From the NCBI GenBank assembly GCA_049970495.1, contig JBMFMV010000061.1, positions 1 through 11,424 on the forward strand: 11,424 bases of DNA, read 5' to 3'. Positions 7,795 through 11,424 of the stretch are shown piece by piece. Each line of letters starts with the position of its first letter. Within the stretch, counting starts at the first letter, position 1. Made by a program: the position numbers and the translations under genes. A model generated the notes under the pieces. It was not told where the DNA came from. It did not search any database and worked only from the letters and a program-made list of their open reading frames with translations. Source of the stretch: a bacterium (GTDB lineage Bacteria; DUMJ01).

Positions 7795-9153
7795 TTAATT
7801 TCTGTAACTGCTAATAGACGGAGGAATTCTTCCCCCTCTTTCAAAAAGATCCATACAGGATGTCTCATTAACTTTTACAATAGGTGCACCACCTAAAAGG
7901 CCTCCAAAATCCACCCAATCTCCAGGCTTTCCCCCAGGAACAGGTAAAATTCTTACTGCAGTGGTCTTATTATGCATTACCCCTACAGCCATTTCATCTA
8001 GTATAATTCCCATAAGAGTATATGGGGATATATCCCCGGGTATAGGAATCATATCAAGCCCCACAGAACATACATTCGTAAGAGCTTCTAGTTTTTCTAA
8101 GCTAAGAGCCCCTTTACCAATAGCCTCTGCTATACCCTTATCCTCACTCACCGAGATAAATGTACCACTTAATCCTCCGACAGATGAAGATGCCATTAGT
8201 CCACCTTTTTTAAGAGCATCGTTTAGTAGAAACAAAAGTCCAGTTGTTCCAGGGGCACCAAAAGTTTTAACTCCTATCTTTTCTATAATTCTAGCTACAC
8301 TATCTCCCTCCTCTGGAGTTGGCGCAAGAGATATATCTACACTTACGGAGTCTATCCCTAATCTTCTGGCAACCTCTCTCCCTATAAATTCTCCAGCCCT
8401 TGTTATCTTAAATGAAATCCTCTTTATCTCTTCTACCACAGAGGTTATATCTACATTTTTGGGTAGCCTTTCTACAGCAGACCTTACAGCTCCAGGTCCA
8501 CTTATACCAACACTTATAACCCTCTCTCCCCTTTTTATACCATGAAATGCCCCAGCCATAAAAGGATTATCTTTTGGAGGATTAGAGAGAACAATGAGTT
8601 TGGCGCATACCAGGGGTCTGTTTTTTAGCTTAGCGGTTTCTAATATTATATAAGCAGACTCTTTTATAGCATCCAAATTTATTCCAGCCTCAGTTGTAGC
8701 AGTAATAATAGAGGCACATAATCTTTCTGTTTCATTCAAAACAACAGGGATGGATTTAAGGAATACCTTGTCTGTATTGGATACCTCATACTCTAAAAAG
8801 CCAGTATAACCACCTATAAAGTCTAAATCAATCTCTAAAGCAAGCCTATCCAGTTCTTTAGCAAGGTATATATAATCCTCTAAGTTTAGACTAGATAAGA
8901 TTAAAGATACAGGAGTTATAGCAACTCTTTTATTTACTATAGGAATTCCATATTCAACTTCTACCTTCTTTATAGTGCTGATAAAATTTTCAGTGGCTTT
9001 CAGGAGCCTTGCTCTTAAAAATTTAACAGTATCCTCTATACTATCCCTTCTACAGTCCAGTAGATCAACCCCTAAAGTAACAGTACGAATATCAAGATGT
9101 TCTACCTGTATCATCCTTATAGTTTCAAGTATCTCTTCAGTAGCAAATATCAT
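7795..9153 (-). CDS. UPF0210 / DUF711 (PFL-like fold) protein
   Basis: EILETIRMI..EHLDIRTVTLGVDLLDC, YGIPIVNKRVAITP, DFIGGY, DNPFMAGAFHG, VGISGPG, FKITRAGE, DISLAPTP, LNDALKKGG, VGGLSG, CSVGLDM, KTTAVR, FGGLLG, GGRIP. Lies directly after its usual ACT-domain partner. Confidence 0.93.
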   Translation of the reverse strand: MIFATEEILETIRMIQVEHLDIRTVTLGVDLLDCRRDSIEDTVKFLRARLLKATENFISTIKKVEVEYGIPIVNKRVAITPVSLILSSLNLEDYIYLAKELDRLALEIDLDFIGGYTGFLEYEVSNTDKVFLKSIPVVLNETERLCASIITATTEAGINLDAIKESAYIILETAKLKNRPLVCAKLIVLSNPPKDNPFMAGAFHGIKRGERVISVGISGPGAVRSAVERLPKNVDITSVVEEIKRISFKITRAGEFIGREVARRLGIDSVSVDISLAPTPEEGDSVARIIEKIGVKTFGAPGTTGLLFLLNDALKKGGLMASSSVGGLSGTFISVSEDKGIAEAIGKGALSLEKLEALTNVCSVGLDMIPIPGDISPYTLMGIILDEMAVGVMHNKTTAVRILPVPGGKPGDWVDFGGLLGGAPIVKVNETSCMDLFERGGRIPPSISSYRN

Positions 9154-9156
9154 AGG

Positions 9157-9426
9157 CTATATCCTGTGCATAGCTCTAAAGATCTCTTCTCTTTCAAAAG
9201 AAACCTTTACCTTTAGTTTATTCCCCTCCTCCAAAAGCCTTTCTAACAAAGGGGTTATATCATCTATTCCTGTTATATCAACTAGAAGGGCCATAACAAA
9301 GATATCTCCCATAATTGTCTGAGTTATATCAAGTATATTAATACCAAAGTTAGCCAATACAGAGCTTATCCCAGCTACTATACCAGTATGGTCAATCCCT
9401 GTTACAGTAATTATCGCCCTTTTCAA
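9157..9426 (-). CDS. Stand-alone ACT-domain protein (UPF0237)
   Basis: 89 aa, KRAIITVTGIDHTGIVAGIS...NILDITQTI...EEIFRAMHRI. TTG start abuts the lysC stop and is preceded by AGGAGAGGG. Confidence 0.92.
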   Translation of the reverse strand: MKRAIITVTGIDHTGIVAGISSVLANFGINILDITQTIMGDIFVMALLVDITGIDDITPLLERLLEEGNKLKVKVSFEREEIFRAMHRI

Positions 9427-9909
9427 CTATCCCTCTCCTAGGCCAAAGCCATCATGTAGAACTTTAACAGCCCTTTCTACCTCATCTTCATTTATTATGC
9501 ATCCAATCTTTATCTCTGAGGTAGATATCATATCTATGTTAATATTCGCTTCACCTAAAAGCCCAAACATCTTAGCTGCTATACCAGGGGTGCTCTGTAT
9601 ACCGACTCCAACAATAGATACCTTACCCACATTTTTATTACATAGGATCTCTCTTATACCTAACTCTTTTCTTACTCCTTCTAAAATATTCAAAGCTTTA
9701 TCAACATCATCTATAGGAATCGTAAAGGAGATATCAGTATAACCGGATTCGCTGGCATTTTGTATTATGTCATCAACATTAATACCTGCGTCCCCTAAAG
9801 GCTTAAATATTCTATGAGCTATCCCCGGTCTATCAAGAACATGCTTTAAGGTTATCTTTGCTATATCAGTTTTATGAGCAATACCTCTAACTCTACTTAC
9901 TGGTTCCAT
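9427..9909 (-). CDS. Probable aspartate kinase beta (regulatory) subunit, 160 aa, translated in frame from internal Met245
   Basis: Minus strand reads AGGAGGT-AAGTGAA-ATG GAA CCA: a perfect SD 7 nt before the in-frame ATG at the kinase/ACT boundary (QEVSE-MEPVSRVRGIA). Matches the alpha2beta2 aspartokinase gene architecture. Confidence 0.82.
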   Translation of the reverse strand: MEPVSRVRGIAHKTDIAKITLKHVLDRPGIAHRIFKPLGDAGINVDDIIQNASESGYTDISFTIPIDDVDKALNILEGVRKELGIREILCNKNVGKVSIVGVGIQSTPGIAAKMFGLLGEANINIDMISTSEIKIGCIINEDEVERAVKVLHDGFGLGEG

Positions 9910-10641
9910 TTCACTTACCTCCTGTATGATAGTGCCAGGTTCATCTTCAAAAGAAGATTTTACTTCTATCTTCATATTATAGATCCATCCAAGCTCTACC
10001 GCTCTATTATGCATTACTCTAGCCCCTTGGCTAGCAAGTTCTAACATCTCTTCATAAGAAATTATATCAAGTTTTTTAGCGTTCTTTACTATCCTTGGGT
10101 CAGCAGTATATACACCCTTTACATCAGTAAAGATCTCTGTCTTTTCTACACCTAACGCTATTCCAAGAGCAACAGCAGTTGTATCAGAACCACCTCTTCC
10201 TAAGGTCGTTATATCATTCTGATCACATATCCCTTGAAAACCAGCAACAATTACCACCTTCCCCTTTTTCAACTCTTCCTTTATCCTAGTAGTATCAACT
10301 AACCTTATTCTAGCCCTACCTGCATTCTCATCCGTATAGATCCCTGCTTGCCATCCGGTTAAAGAAATTGCAGGAATACCTATATCTTCTAGAGCCATAG
10401 CCATAAGAGCTCCTGAGATCTGCTCTCCAGTAGACATAAGGGCATCTAGTTCCCTGGGAGCAGGACTGCTAGAGATTTTTTTGGCAAGGTCTATAAGTTC
10501 ATCGGTTGTGTCCCCCATAGCAGAGACTACTACAACAAGGTCATTCCCTTCTCTTTTCAACATCGCTAACTTCTTAGCTATATTTTTTATCCTTTCTATA
10601 GTACCTACAGAGGTTCCTCCATACTTGTGGACTAAAAGCAT
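9427..10641 (-). CDS. lysC: Aspartate kinase (alpha subunit; kinase domain plus two ACT domains)
   Basis: KYGGTSVG, VVVSAMGDTTD, STGEQ, VAGFQG, TTLGRGGSDTTAV, TDVKGVYTADPR, EMLELA, DRPGIA, NIDMISTSEI. RBS AGGAGG at 10651-10656. Confidence 0.97.
   Translation of the reverse strand: MLLVHKYGGTSVGTIERIKNIAKKLAMLKREGNDLVVVVSAMGDTTDELIDLAKKISSSPAPRELDALMSTGEQISGALMAMALEDIGIPAISLTGWQAGIYTDENAGRARIRLVDTTRIKEELKKGKVVIVAGFQGICDQNDITTLGRGGSDTTAVALGIALGVEKTEIFTDVKGVYTADPRIVKNAKKLDIISYEEMLELASQGARVMHNRAVELGWIYNMKIEVKSSFEDEPGTIIQEVSEMEPVSRVRGIAHKTDIAKITLKHVLDRPGIAHRIFKPLGDAGINVDDIIQNASESGYTDISFTIPIDDVDKALNILEGVRKELGIREILCNKNVGKVSIVGVGIQSTPGIAAKMFGLLGEANINIDMISTSEIKIGCIINEDEVERAVKVLHDGFGLGEG
9917..9923 (-). 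promoter_or_regulatory. Intragenic Shine-Dalgarno AGGAGGT for the lysC beta subunit
   Basis: Plus-strand acctcct at 9917-9923, with a 7-nt spacer to ATG at 9909. Confidence 0.82.
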
Positions 10642-10650
10642 ATATTTATT

Positions 10651-10656
10651 CCTCCT
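10651..10656 (-). promoter_or_regulatory. Shine-Dalgarno AGGAGG for lysC, overlapping the asd TAG stop
   Basis: Minus strand reads T-AGGAGG-AATAAATAT-ATG(10641). Confidence 0.85.
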
Positions 10657-11422
10657 AAATTAAGCCTAATTTAACAAGAGATTCTGCAATCTGAACAGCA
10701 TTTAAAGCAGCACCTTTTCTAATATTATCAGAGACTATCCACATAGCTATCCCATTTTCTACCGACTCGTCTTTCCTTATCCTACCTACAAATACCTCAT
10801 CTCTGCCTTCTGCCATTATAGGCATAGGATATATGGCTTCCTCAGGCTTATCTACCACCACTACTCCTGGAGATTTGCTTAAGATCTCTCTCACTTCGTC
10901 TGGAGTTATAGGTAATTCAGTTTCTATGTTTACACTCTCAGAATGGGCTCTAAATACTGGAACTCTAACCGTTGTAGCGCAGACCTTTATAGATGGGTCA
11001 TCGAGAATCTTCCTTGTCTCATTTAACATCTTCATCTCTTCCTTAGAAAAACCATTTGGATAAAAGATATCTATATGTGGTAAAAGATTAAAAGCTATCT
11101 GATGAGGATAGACTTTAGGAGCTATAGACTTTCCTTCAAGGATACTCTTAGTTTCCTCCCAAAGTTCCTCTACTGCCTCTCTACCTGTACCAGATACAGA
11201 CTGATATGTAGAGACAACTATCCTCTTGATCTTAAATCTCCTATGCAGCGGAGCTAATGCTACTACCATCTGAATAGTAGAACAGTTAGGATTAGCAATA
11301 ATCCCTTTATGTTCCTTTATCTTCTCCTCATTTACCTCTGGGACAACAAGGGGTACATCAGGCTCCATTCTAAACGCATTACTATTATCTATAACCACTG
11401 CACCAGCTTTTACTGCATAGGG
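10655..11422 (-). CDS. asd: Aspartate-semialdehyde dehydrogenase, 5'-truncated by the window edge
   Basis: The frame is open to the window end (PYAVKAGAVVIDNSNAFRM). VPLVVPEVN, catalytic NPNCST, STYQSVSGTG, EEMKM..ETRKIL, VRVPVFRAHSE, VFVGRIR, DNIRKGAALNAVQIAE. Confidence 0.98.
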   Translation of the reverse strand, partial: PYAVKAGAVVIDNSNAFRMEPDVPLVVPEVNEEKIKEHKGIIANPNCSTIQMVVALAPLHRRFKIKRIVVSTYQSVSGTGREAVEELWEETKSILEGKSIAPKVYPHQIAFNLLPHIDIFYPNGFSKEEMKMLNETRKILDDPSIKVCATTVRVPVFRAHSESVNIETELPITPDEVREILSKSPGVVVVDKPEEAIYPMPIMAEGRDEVFVGRIRKDESVENGIAMWIVSDNIRKGAALNAVQIAESLVKLGLI

Positions 11423-11424
11423 AG

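Noticed and set aside
7773..7868. 32-aa N-terminal extension of the epimerase in the ORF track
   Set aside because: It overlaps the DUF711 3' end; the strong SD and family-typical MKI start support ATG 7772.
7961..8545. 194-aa plus-strand ORF
   Set aside because: Entirely antisense to the conserved DUF711 gene, with Ser/Pro/Ile-rich shadow composition and no recognisable motif.
10642..10654. Lysine riboswitch or attenuator before lysC
   Set aside because: Only 13 nt separate asd and lysC; any leader would lie outside the window.
5687..11063. Other plus-strand ORFs (5687-5956, 7603-7896, 8975-9322, 9497-9742, 10481-10663, 10833-11063)
   Set aside because: All are antisense shadows of well-supported minus-strand genes.

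Overview
Gene-dense, AT-rich bacterial chromosomal window with almost no intergenic DNA. Frequent ATA/AGA/AGG codons and Lys/Glu/Ile-rich proteins suggest, but do not prove, a thermophilic anaerobe. Two convergent gene runs meet with a 23-bp tail-to-tail overlap at 3318-3340. Plus strand: tgt (5'-truncated), yajC, and a large O-antigen-ligase (Wzy_C)-family membrane protein with a TPR-like C-terminus, where secDF often lies. Minus strand, an apparent 8-gene operon: asd (5'-truncated), lysC (with a strong internal RBS and ATG for an in-frame beta subunit), ACT-domain protein (UPF0237), DUF711/UPF0210 protein, YcjR-like keto-sugar epimerase, ADP-ribosylglycohydrolase-family protein, divergent ketol-acid reductoisomerase with non-canonical active-site motifs, and murT without an adjacent gatD. 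The best candidate for an undescribed system is the epimerase + ADP-ribosylglycohydrolase + atypical KARI trio, which may be a sugar or nucleoside catabolic module rather than branched-chain amino acid biosynthesis. No RNA genes, CRISPR arrays or mobile elements were seen. Family assignments come from motif recognition and recalled sequences, not database searches.
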